Positions 36,467 to 44,116 of a stretch of DNA of 64,000 nt are shown piece by piece. Made by a program: the position numbers and the translations under genes. The notes beneath the pieces were generated by a model that was given only the letters and a program-made list of their open reading frames with translations, ran no database searches and was not told where the DNA came from. Source of the DNA: a virus (taxonomy: Duplodnaviria; Heunggongvirae; Uroviricota; Caudoviricetes); the IMG/VR virus record IMGVR_UViG_3300032954_000003, positions 18,847-82,846 of that record; one strand, given 5' to 3'. How positions within the stretch are numbered: the first letter of the stretch is position 1; each line of letters begins with the position of its first letter.

Positions 36467-36642
36467 CGACCAAGCATAAGCCAGCATCGCCTAAGCTTAC
36501 AATTGAAGTTACGCCGCCAATGCTTACTATGCTTGTCCGACTTGTTATGAATACTACAAGCCTTACAGCAGAGGAGCATCGGCTAGTGGCTGACTTTCAA
36601 GAAGAGGCAGTTGGCATCCTACAAGCGATGGCTGACCAATGA
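36465..36642 (+). CDS. hypothetical small protein (58 aa)
   Basis: ATG overlaps the upstream stop; GGAAAG RBS. Confidence 0.35.
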
Positions 36643-36947
36643 CTCTCATCCCGCATTTCGCTGCGCCCTTTGCCTTTAGTGCGAAGGGCGTAGTGAATGT
36701 TACCGAACAAGATAGTCAGCAGGAAATCTCAGACTGCATCTTCAATGTTGCTAGTTGCTTTGAAAACTTCCGCGAAGACTTGCCCGAATTTGGCATACCG
36801 GATCTAACATTCGAACAGATCCCACTGAATCTCGAAGCACTACAAGCGGCACTAAACCGCTGGGAACCGCGAGCGGAACTTACGCTTGAAGAAACAGAAG
36901 AACTTATGAATCCAGCAGCGCGTGCTGTATCGATCGAAGTGTTCTAG
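36639..36947 (+). CDS. baseplate wedge protein, GPW/gp25 family
   Basis: Segment FGIPDLTFEQIPLNLEALQAALNRWEPRAEL matches the GPW_gp25 signature (WEPR). Confidence 0.6.
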   Translation: MTLIPHFAAPFAFSAKGVVNVTEQDSQQEISDCIFNVASCFENFREDLPEFGIPDLTFEQIPLNLEALQAALNRWEPRAELTLEETEELMNPAARAVSIEVF

Positions 36948-38317
36948 AGAAGCTCTGCACGTTGGCGTATATCGAGTATGTGGTGCTGCCGTTCCAGCTT
37001 GCCGTCCTCAAAAAGCTTTAGCAGATAGTTGATGCCATCTGCTCCCTCCGCCAACGTTGCCAAAACACCCCTCCGGATAGTCAGCTTTAGCCGTCCGGCT
37101 TTGCTTGTCTTATCGGAACCTAGTGGTTCCTTATAGACAGGGTGCCACTCGCCTTCGCGCTTTTGTGCGCTGCACTTGAACGCAAACCTCTGGGTGTCGC
37201 GGTTGAGCTTTTGCAGTAGACCACCACCCATACCGAAAACCAAGTTCTCAGCAGCCCAACCAGCCTCTGCGGTAACGTCGAGGATCTGTTGGATATCGGC
37301 TGGTGTTAGACCATCGCCCCATAGGACGCGGACGTGGGGATCGAGTACGGTTCGCTTGCCGTTTGAGGTGCCACCAAACGCATCGCCTAGTGTCTGAAGA
37401 ATCCAGGTTACCAGCTCGCCTGGTGTTTTGTGTGCATCAGTGACTGAGTCAGGTCGTATAACAACAGGACCACCCTCGCGCTGCATGATCTCTTTCTTAC
37501 GCGCACAGATGTTGTATACGCAGTCATAGACGTTGTAGCTATCTACTACGATGGATAGCGGTCCTGAAGGGTACTGTTCGAGGATGTGACTAATCATGTC
37601 ATCCTCTCCCTCAGGGCCAAGCGCAGTCATTACTGAGTGCTCGGTCGCTGGTACGCTAGATCCAAGCTCTTCGTGGTAGCTGTCGCGCAACAGCTGGATA
37701 GCTGGCAACGTGTCTGTACCTAGGAAATTCACAAGGTGTGCCGCTCCACCTATAGCTGCTGCATCATGCGTTGTAGCGCCTCGATAGCCAAAGTCATGGA
37801 GCATAAAAGGCAAACCATTGAGCGAGCTTCCTGTATCCTCTAGTGCCTTTTTCAGCATTATCTTCACCTCTCGGCTAAGGGTTGCCACCGTGCATGGGTA
37901 CCACAAATGTGTTAGGTAGCTCTCGATGGCATTTGTTAGCCAGTAGCACTCGGGATCAGTGTTCTCGACCGTCATCAAGACATTGCCAGTCGGGATAGCC
38001 ATTCCCTCAGGGACAGCTCTTATGAGCAAAGGAAGTTTGCCATCATGCCAGTTGATGATGTGTTCCCACCCCTCAGTGTTAATCATGTCATCCGACCCGA
38101 AGTGCTTGCTTGCAAGCTGTTGCGCCTCTTGCAGGTGCTCGTCGGTTACTACCTCACCCGTGAGACCGCGTAGCAGGTGCTGTAAGCCGAAGAAAACGGT
38201 GTAGGGGTACCTTGCCCCTACTCGACTCTCGAAGTAGCTGTAAACGTGTTCAGTGCCCTCTGGATATTGTTTCCAGTGCGTGAGCTTGTATGAATCGGTT
38301 GCAAGTATGAGGTTCAT
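36944..38317 (-). CDS. nadV: nicotinamide phosphoribosyltransferase (NadV/NAMPT)
   Basis: Hallmark N-terminus MNLILATDSYKLTHWKQYP; 457 aa. Confidence 0.8.
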   Translation of the reverse strand: MNLILATDSYKLTHWKQYPEGTEHVYSYFESRVGARYPYTVFFGLQHLLRGLTGEVVTDEHLQEAQQLASKHFGSDDMINTEGWEHIINWHDGKLPLLIRAVPEGMAIPTGNVLMTVENTDPECYWLTNAIESYLTHLWYPCTVATLSREVKIMLKKALEDTGSSLNGLPFMLHDFGYRGATTHDAAAIGGAAHLVNFLGTDTLPAIQLLRDSYHEELGSSVPATEHSVMTALGPEGEDDMISHILEQYPSGPLSIVVDSYNVYDCVYNICARKKEIMQREGGPVVIRPDSVTDAHKTPGELVTWILQTLGDAFGGTSNGKRTVLDPHVRVLWGDGLTPADIQQILDVTAEAGWAAENLVFGMGGGLLQKLNRDTQRFAFKCSAQKREGEWHPVYKEPLGSDKTSKAGRLKLTIRRGVLATLAEGADGINYLLKLFEDGKLERQHHILDIRQRAELL

Positions 38318-39282
38318 CTCTTTACCTTTCGTATCTCTAAACCGCTGGTGTCGAGTTCAAGTTCTTCCACAACATGTAGTAATGCTCTGGACAATAGAGG
38401 TCGATGGTTTGGCATGACCTTGAGTTCAAGGTCTATGTCCAGTATGGATTCGTCTCCACGCCAGATATCGAACCAACCTACTTCCTCAATGTCGTCGTCT
38501 GGCCGAGGTGTACCGCTTTGGTGCTTAGCAGCGAACAGTAAAGTCTTGACCTTGTCTTGCTCGTTGCGATAGCGCCAGTCATCAACTTTGAAGGAACCGA
38601 GATACATTGGGTCCGTGATTTCTATGTGTGTCTCCTCATGCACCTCGCGCCGAGCATCCTGCTCAAATGTCTCTGAGGATGGATCAGCGAACCCACCGAT
38701 CAAGCGCCATAGCTTCTCGTCTGCCTTACGGCACAGAAGAATACGCTCGTAATCCTCACTGAAAACAGCTATATCTACTGTTGTAAACGAGGTAGGAAAG
38801 CGACTCTGCGAAGCCCACACAACACCAGCGCGCCAATCTGGCGAGTTCTTAGTTCGCCGGCGTCCCACCTCCTTTCGAAGCTGGCTGCCAGATACTCGGA
38901 TATAGTGCTCAGGCTCAAGTACCTCAGTAGGGTATGCCCCTCTGTAATGCTCTATGAATGAGTCCCGACCACCATATAGGATTGGACTCTGGGCAGGCGT
39001 GGTAACCTTGGCTATCTCAGCATCGAGCTTACGGCTCCAAAGCTGATCGTTGTTGACGTCCTGTATATAGAGAACATTGAGGTCTGGATAGGCAGCTAAA
39101 AGCATCTGCTTTCGCGCTTCAAAATCCAGCGGATTCTCAGCTGTTACTGGCAAAGGTGACAACCCAAGAAAGACAATCACCTTGTGGTGTTTGGCACAGA
39201 CGCTCTCAATCAAATGTCTGTGCATCCCATGCAAGTCGTGGACTTGAAAACGTCCCACGATGACGCCTACGTCGTGTTCCAT
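38314..39282 (-). CDS. nadM: bifunctional NMN adenylyltransferase / Nudix hydrolase (NadM-Nudix)
   Basis: Cytidylyltransferase motif GRFQVHDLHGMH (HxGH). C-terminal Nudix box GGFADPSSETFEQDARREVHEETHIEI. Confidence 0.75.
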   Translation of the reverse strand: MEHDVGVIVGRFQVHDLHGMHRHLIESVCAKHHKVIVFLGLSPLPVTAENPLDFEARKQMLLAAYPDLNVLYIQDVNNDQLWSRKLDAEIAKVTTPAQSPILYGGRDSFIEHYRGAYPTEVLEPEHYIRVSGSQLRKEVGRRRTKNSPDWRAGVVWASQSRFPTSFTTVDIAVFSEDYERILLCRKADEKLWRLIGGFADPSSETFEQDARREVHEETHIEITDPMYLGSFKVDDWRYRNEQDKVKTLLFAAKHQSGTPRPDDDIEEVGWFDIWRGDESILDIDLELKVMPNHRPLLSRALLHVVEELELDTSGLEIRKVKR

Positions 39283-39346
39283 AAGTTCCTCCGCGATTAT
39301 CAGTAAACAACGCTTTGGTACGGAAACGGTAGTATAGCGATTATCG

Positions 39347-39715
39347 ATGGGCTATAGCGATCCGCAACGGCAGCGCGAGTATCAGCGAGAGTGGGTGGCT
39401 AAACGTCGCGCGGAATATTTTGCTGACAAGTCGTGCGTTGTCTGCGGTAATACCAATGACCTTCAGCTTCACCACCTCGATCCAGCGCAAAAGATCAGTC
39501 ACAACATTTGGGGTTGGCGACGTGAGCGCATGGAAGCCGAGATAGCCAAGTGTGAGGTTCGCTGTTCCGCTTGTCATCGCAAACACCACTATGTATTATG
39601 GCGTAAGCACGGCATCGGCACTTATATGAAGAAGGGTTGTCGCTGCTTTATCTGTTATAGAGCAAAGGCAGCAGCGACACGACGTGAAACTCGATACGGA
39701 GGCGGCGCGAGTTGA
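39347..39715 (+). CDS. HNH endonuclease (small)
   Basis: CVVCGNTNDLQLHHLDP...CSACHRKHH pattern. Confidence 0.65.
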   Translation: MGYSDPQRQREYQREWVAKRRAEYFADKSCVVCGNTNDLQLHHLDPAQKISHNIWGWRRERMEAEIAKCEVRCSACHRKHHYVLWRKHGIGTYMKKGCRCFICYRAKAAATRRETRYGGGAS

Positions 39716-39794
39716 ACGCGCAGACCGCCGCTAAGGACGGCCACGAGGTTTAGCAAACCCGCTGGCGCACCACATGCCCAGCACCTCCAAGCTT

Positions 39795-40124
39795 TCAAAA
39801 CCCCACCTTCTTTTTCTTAGTAGAAGGCTTGGGTGGTGCTTGTAGTATACGACCTAAGGCGCTCTCAAACACCATGAAGTCTCTGTCTTCCTCACTGAGG
39901 AGCGGAGTGGGCTGATGACCACCCTTGCGCCTTGGGCGAAGTATTTCATTGAGTCTGTTAGGCGAGAGCCCCGCCTCCTTTGCAATCTCCTCAGGATCGA
40001 CACCAGCATCACGAGCCTCAATGCACCTTTCCGACAAGTCCTTGAGTGCTTCCATCTGCGCTCGCACAGCTTGAGCCCGTTTCCATGCTGCGCTACGGAC
40101 TGCCTCAAGAGTGTCCTTGGTCAT
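39795..40124 (-). CDS. HTH DNA-binding protein; ATG starts 1 nt after the tRNA-Asn 3' end
   Basis: HTH EIAKEAGLSPNRLNEIL. No space for an RBS between the tRNA and the ATG. Confidence 0.45.
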   Translation of the reverse strand: MTKDTLEAVRSAAWKRAQAVRAQMEALKDLSERCIEARDAGVDPEEIAKEAGLSPNRLNEILRPRRKGGHQPTPLLSEEDRDFMVFESALGRILQAPPKPSTKKKKVGF

Positions 40125-40125
40125 A

Positions 40126-40197
40126 CTGGCAACCTGGGATTCGAACCCAGAACCGTTCGGTTAACAGCCGAGCGCTCTGCCATTGAGCTAGTTGCCA
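40126..40197 (-). tRNA. tRNA-Asn (anticodon GTT)
   Basis: Acceptor TGGCAAC pairs with GTTGCCA, anticodon loop CTGTTAA, discriminator G. Confidence 0.7.
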
Positions 40198-40324
40198 TTT
40201 TGTTCTAATTTTTGGTCGGTTCACCGCGCCGACGCTTCAGGATAGCGCCTAGCAGTGATTCCGAATGATCCCATTTACCAAACAGATACTTCCAAATCAT
40301 TGACCACTCCTTTGTAGTGTCTAG

Positions 40325-40396
40325 AACGGGTGGCGAGGATCGAACTCGCTCTTAGAGCTTGGAAAGCTCTCGTGCTGCCAAGTACACCTCACCCGC
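40325..40396 (-). tRNA. tRNA-Gly (anticodon TCC), atypical A8 and G1.U72
   Basis: Cloverleaf with anticodon loop TTTCCAA and T-loop TTCGATC. Position 8 is A and 1-72 is a G.U pair. Confidence 0.5.
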
Positions 40397-40538
40397 GAAG
40401 AAATTGCCGTCGCCTAGAGCTGCCGCTTCAGCTCTAATTGACGGACTTGCCCTATTGGTTTATAGAAGGGCTATACATGCCTATTTCGGCCTCACGCGAG
40501 CGGTGCGGCATATTAGCTGTAGCTGCTTTTCGCGTTAG

Positions 40539-40628
40539 CGGAAAGCGGAGGAGTCGAACCCCTGCCTCGTCTTAGGAGACAACTGGTTTTCAAGACCAGC
40601 GCCGAGACCGACCTCGGCCGCACTTTCC
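40539..40628 (-). tRNA. tRNA-Ser (anticodon TGA), type II
   Basis: Anticodon stem-loop CTGGT-CTTGAAA-ACCAG, long variable arm GTCTCCTAAGAC, discriminator G; 90 nt. Confidence 0.65.
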
Positions 40629-40770
40629 ATATGTGCGGATTACCCCAACCCTTCGGCTTTCCGCAAGCTCGGTCACCTACCGAGTTCCCTCAGATAAGAG
40701 ATGAAATGTCACTCCCCGCATAACGCAACACTTCATTCCGCGCGGGTTAGCGGACCCTACCCTTATCCTA

Positions 40771-40843
40771 AGTGCACGGTGGGATTTGAACCCACGGCCT
40801 TCACGTTGGCAACGTGACGCTCTACCAGCTGAGCTACGCACAC
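40771..40843 (-). tRNA. tRNA-Gly (anticodon GCC)
   Basis: Acceptor GTGTGCG pairs with CGTGCAC, anticodon loop TTGCCAA, discriminator U. Confidence 0.65.
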
Positions 40844-41140
40844 ATAAGCGTTGCCTACACGACAAGCCTCTCAGGTACATCCGGTTTGCTTGTCCCGTTT
40901 TGTCCTTCAGGAACTAACCCATCCGTAAGCGCCTATCTGTACTTAGCGCAACCTCGGCAACGCAATAACGACTATAGCGTATCTAGCCGGCTCGTGCAAG
41001 CAGCGTGGATGCTGACAACTTAGTAGCTGGTGCTTCTTTGGACTTAGACATAGACATCAACGATACAGTAGACCGTCCTTCTTGGGGTGGACTGAATTCA
41101 GCAAAGTCATAAGCAAGCTCGGGCTTTGCTAAGTCCTTGC

Positions 41141-41353
41141 CTAGAAAGGGCGCACCACAACCTGGCAGCGGTCTAGCTTTGCTTGATCGGCAACAATCTC
41201 GTCCGGAATCGCACGAGCTGCGATCATTTGCGCCTTACCCTCATCGCGTGCCAAGATGCGTGTTACATCGACGACAAGCTTGGCCTCTTCAGTGACTTCA
41301 CCATCCTTGTCTGTTTTCTCGTCAAGAATAACGGCGTACTCGAAAATCTCCAT
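41141..41353 (-). CDS. hypothetical small acidic protein (70 aa)
   Basis: GAAAGGAAC RBS precedes the ATG. Confidence 0.5.
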   Translation of the reverse strand: MEIFEYAVILDEKTDKDGEVTEEAKLVVDVTRILARDEGKAQMIAARAIPDEIVADQAKLDRCQVVVRPF

Positions 41354-41574
41354 CGTGTTCCTTTCTTGCAGACAAATCCCCTAGCCCGCCCTCACGGCTC
41401 TCTATTGAAGTGATGCTGGTAATAACGATTCACCGTTACGATGCTCAATTGAGCTGTACACCTGCCGTACGATGAGGTGTTTCAACAGGTTTCTAGGTGT
41501 CGTAGATTGGGCCGACCAAGGCCAAGGAAAAGGTGCATCCGTCCTTCGCTAGATAACCGCTACCGACTGTCTGC

Positions 41575-42033
41575 TTAGATTAGGTCTGTAGCCCAGTTGA
41601 CTACCTGGATTTCATTGTCCAACTTCCGCAACTTTGCAGAAGTCTTATCAGCTTTTTCATGCAGTGCCTTTACATCCACATGCCGTGTGAGCTTTAGCTC
41701 AGACCGCATATAGCGGAAAGCACTAGTGTCACCTTGAGCAGCATCAGCCGCTTGCTTATAGGTGGCGATCAAGCCAGCCAAACGGTCACGTTCGGCGAGC
41801 GCATCTGTGAGTGTCCCCTTCTTGAACTTCGTAGAAGCGTTTGTATGGTTGATACGACCGATTAGGACCGCTAGGGCCTCATGAACCGTCTCTGCTTCTG
41901 AGATGAGCGTAGACGCGTTCTCAGGAGGTGTTGTATCCTCTTGTGCCGCTGCACTCATACTGATGCGGCTACGTAGTTCGCTAATGCGCTTTTGTAAGCG
42001 TGCGCGCTCTGAAAGCGCCTCTCCTAGTTTCAT
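41575..42033 (-). CDS. hypothetical helical protein
   Basis: The ATG (MKLGEALSERARLQKRISELRS) has an AAGGTGAG RBS; the track start at 42102 is an extension. Confidence 0.5.
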   Translation of the reverse strand: MKLGEALSERARLQKRISELRSRISMSAAAQEDTTPPENASTLISEAETVHEALAVLIGRINHTNASTKFKKGTLTDALAERDRLAGLIATYKQAADAAQGDTSAFRYMRSELKLTRHVDVKALHEKADKTSAKLRKLDNEIQVVNWATDLI

Positions 42034-42063
42034 TCTCTCACCTTGGTTTACTTGGTTACCGGA

Positions 42064-42135
42064 TTGCCGACCGAGGATTCGAACCTCAACCTCAGGGGCC
42101 AAAACCCTGCGTCACTGCCTTTAGACTAGTCGGCA
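42064..42135 (-). tRNA. tRNA-Gln (anticodon TTG)
   Basis: U1-A72 acceptor TGCCGAC pairs with GTCGGCA, anticodon loop TTTTGGC. Confidence 0.6.
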
Positions 42136-42208
42136 CTGGCGACCGAGGGCTCGAACCTCGAATACTGCGTCCAGAGCGCAGCGTCTTTCCTATTTAGACT
42201 AGTCGCCA
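42136..42208 (-). tRNA. tRNA-Gln (anticodon CTG)
   Basis: U1-A72 acceptor TGGCGAC pairs with GTCGCCA, anticodon loop CTCTGGA, discriminator G. Confidence 0.65.
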
Positions 42209-42282
42209 TACCCGCCGAGGGATTCGAACCCCCACTTTCCTGTTCTTGAAACAGTTGCCTCTACCGATTGGGCTACACGGGC
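42209..42282 (-). tRNA. atypical type-I tRNA with anticodon CAA (Leu UUG codon) but short variable arm; isotype undetermined
   Basis: 74 nt: GCCCGTG-TA-GCCC...AGGC-A-ACTGT-TTCAAGA-ACAGG-AAAGT-GGGGG-TTCGAAT-CCCTC-GGCGGGT-A. A73, G37, 5-nt variable loop. Confidence 0.5.
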
Positions 42283-42289
42283 TTGTACA

Positions 42290-42364
42290 TACCGCTGGTA
42301 GGATTCGAACCTACACTGACCGGAGCTTAAATCCGGTGCCTCTGCCAGGTTGGGCTACAGCGGC
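42290..42364 (-). tRNA. atypical type-I tRNA with anticodon TAA (Leu UUA codon) but short variable arm; isotype undetermined
   Basis: 75 nt: GCCGCTG-TA-GCCC...AGGC-A-CCGGA-TTTAAGC-TCCGG-TCAGT-GTAGG-TTCGAAT-CCTAC-CAGCGGT-A. Its 5' end overlaps the stop of CDS 42355..43041. Confidence 0.5.
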
Positions 42365-43041
42365 TCAATTACTACTGGTGGGTTGATGGGTCTGTAAATC
42401 GCATCCATGTGCGCAACATTATAGATGTTAGTCTCTCGTCCTTCGTACCTCAGTGTATATTGACCGTATCCCTCGTGAATATGACCACAGACAACGGTAC
42501 GTACACGTTGGGTTGCAACATTCTCTCGAAGCTCCTTTGAGCCACAATACTCGTAGCCTGTAATTCGATTGCCTACTAGATCTCCTCTGCCAGCTAATGG
42601 GCCGTGCGACAGTAGGATGTCTGTGTTCCGTGGGATGTTAGCGAAAGCTAGTCTAGCCTCGTCACCTTCCTTCTGAAACGCCCACCCAGGCAAATTAGGT
42701 GTCCAAGGTGTTCCATAGATGGTGAGGCCGTCTACCTCAGTGCCTGAATCCTCAAGGTAAGTTAGCTTTGGGATCTCCTCGACAGCTGCTTTACCTTCTT
42801 CGGTCTCAAGCCAGAAGTCATGGTTCCCAGCAACGAGGATCACACGCTCTGTAGGTAATGCGGCAATCCACTCAGCAAACGTTTCCTTCGCCCACTGCGT
42901 TTGGTCTGCCGGATGATGGCTACCATTGACTGGTGGTAAGTCTCCACCGATAAGAAGCAAGTCACAAGGCTCAATCTCAGGTAGCGCACCATGGAGATCG
43001 GATGTAGCAATGATGTGCATTACTCTCTTGGCTTCCACCAA
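42355..43041 (-). CDS. calcineurin-like metallophosphoesterase
   Basis: Motifs DLHG, GGDL, AGNHD and GHIHE. The start is either 43041 or the ATG at 43018 (MHII...). Confidence 0.65.
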   Translation of the reverse strand: MVEAKRVMHIIATSDLHGALPEIEPCDLLLIGGDLPPVNGSHHPADQTQWAKETFAEWIAALPTERVILVAGNHDFWLETEEGKAAVEEIPKLTYLEDSGTEVDGLTIYGTPWTPNLPGWAFQKEGDEARLAFANIPRNTDILLSHGPLAGRGDLVGNRITGYEYCGSKELRENVATQRVRTVVCGHIHEGYGQYTLRYEGRETNIYNVAHMDAIYRPINPPVVIEPL

Positions 43042-43235
43042 TCGGAAAACTCTGAGGAGCTGAGTCGATGCATTGCATGAGACGTCACAAACCCCTGCAA
43101 TACATGGACCGCTTGAGTTAGCTCACTACGATTGTACTGTAGTGGTCCGCGCTCGTCCATCTCAATGATTGCTTTAGCAGCATCCTCAATGGCTAGCATT
43201 GCGCGCAACTCATTCTCGTCAAGGATACTTTTCAT
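43020..43235 (-). CDS. hypothetical small protein (71 aa)
   Basis: ORF overlapping the start of the phosphoesterase gene; no clear RBS. Confidence 0.35.
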   Translation of the reverse strand: MKSILDENELRAMLAIEDAAKAIIEMDERGPLQYNRSELTQAVHVLQGFVTSHAMHRLSSSEFSDWWKPRE

Positions 43236-43369
43236 GCTGGTCTGTTGTGGAAGGTTTCTGGATCAGGGTCGAAGCCTAGGCATGGGCACTCGGTTTCGTT
43301 CTCGTCATCCAGCACATCGATGCAAGGTCCTGGCATTACACCGCCACCCTGTGTGGAGTAGTGCATCAT
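43236..43369 (-). CDS. hypothetical small Cys-containing peptide (44 aa)
   Basis: Its stop TGA overlaps the ATG of 43020..43235 (ATGA coupling). Confidence 0.25.
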
Positions 43370-43417
43370 GACCACACTTACAGGTGCTATAGATTGTGGC
43401 TTCTAACTTGTTCATAG

Positions 43418-43504
43418 TACCGCCCGAGGGACTCGAACCCTCAATGCCTATCACGGCAAACTGGTTCCTAAGACCAGCGTGTTTACCAATTTCACCAGAG
43501 CGGC
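43418..43504 (-). tRNA. tRNA-Leu (anticodon TAG), canonical type II
   Basis: 87 nt. Anticodon stem-loop CTGGT-CTTAGGA-ACCAG, long variable arm TGCC-GTGATA-GGCA, A73. Confidence 0.65.
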
Positions 43505-43524
43505 CTGTGTCTAGCTGGCTAGAA

Positions 43525-43605
43525 GTGCCGAGGGAGGAATCGAACCTACCTTGTCGGAGACCACCGGGTTACAGCCGGCTACCTGGCCATCAGGCGTCCT
43601 CGGCA
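43525..43605 (-). tRNA. tRNA-Tyr (anticodon GTA), type II
   Basis: 81 nt. U1-A72 acceptor, anticodon loop CTGTAAC at canonical positions 32-38, variable arm GTC-TCC-GAC. Confidence 0.55.
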
Positions 43606-43610
43606 TTGAG

Positions 43611-43684
43611 CGGGTGGGCCGAGAATCGAACTCGGGATTACTGGTTTTGGAGACCAGTCGCGGACACCAACGCCGCACTCACCC
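43611..43684 (-). tRNA. tRNA-Trp (anticodon CCA)
   Basis: Anticodon stem-loop CTGGT-CTCCAAA-ACCAG, T-arm CCGAG-TTCGATT-CTCGG. One A.C mismatch in the acceptor. Confidence 0.5.
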
Positions 43685-43726
43685 CTAAGAGTAAGTGTTG
43701 GAGTCGCTGGTATCGCCATCGGAAAG

Positions 43727-43798
43727 TCCGGGTGGATGGAATCGAACCATCTCTGCCTGCTCCCAAAGCAGGTGTGCGAGCCACTACACCACACCCAG
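43727..43798 (-). tRNA. tRNA-Pro (anticodon TGG)
   Basis: C1-G72 and A73 (Pro-like). Anticodon loop TTTGGGA, T-arm GATGG-TTCGATT-CCATC. Confidence 0.65.
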
Positions 43799-44116
43799 TG
43801 GATGTGGGTCGCGGTCGATCTGGGTTTCGGTTCGTGTCCATTGCAGTAATTGTAGCAAACGCGCCGTGGGGTCATACCGACCGGCCACAGCCCACAGCCT
43901 TACCGTCGAGTCGGCGTTTGCACGCGAGGGCCCAACTTGTTGCGCCCGGTGTCTTGCCAGTGACACGACCTCTCTACCCCGCAGGGAACTGAGCGCTCTC
44001 AACACCCAAAGTGCGGATGACACAATGGGTAGAACATCTGAGCTACGGGCGCAAAGCGCACTATAGCGCATCGGCGCAACGGTGGCAAATAACGCGGTTT
44101 TGCAGGGAGATTACTT

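Noticed and set aside
40677-41023. ORFs 40677..40880 (-) and 40814..41023 (+)
   Set aside because: They overlap tRNA-Gly(GCC) and have no RBS.
43396-43992. 198-aa plus-strand ORF
   Set aside because: It spans four well-folded minus-strand tRNA genes, and its product is Pro/Arg/Ser-rich.
43990-44116. attP / integration site next to tRNA fragment
   Set aside because: No integrase or excisionase is in the window. The fragment is a tRNA 5' half, whereas attP cores normally match tRNA 3' ends. The gene content (many tRNAs, homing nucleases, no repressor) points to a lytic phage.
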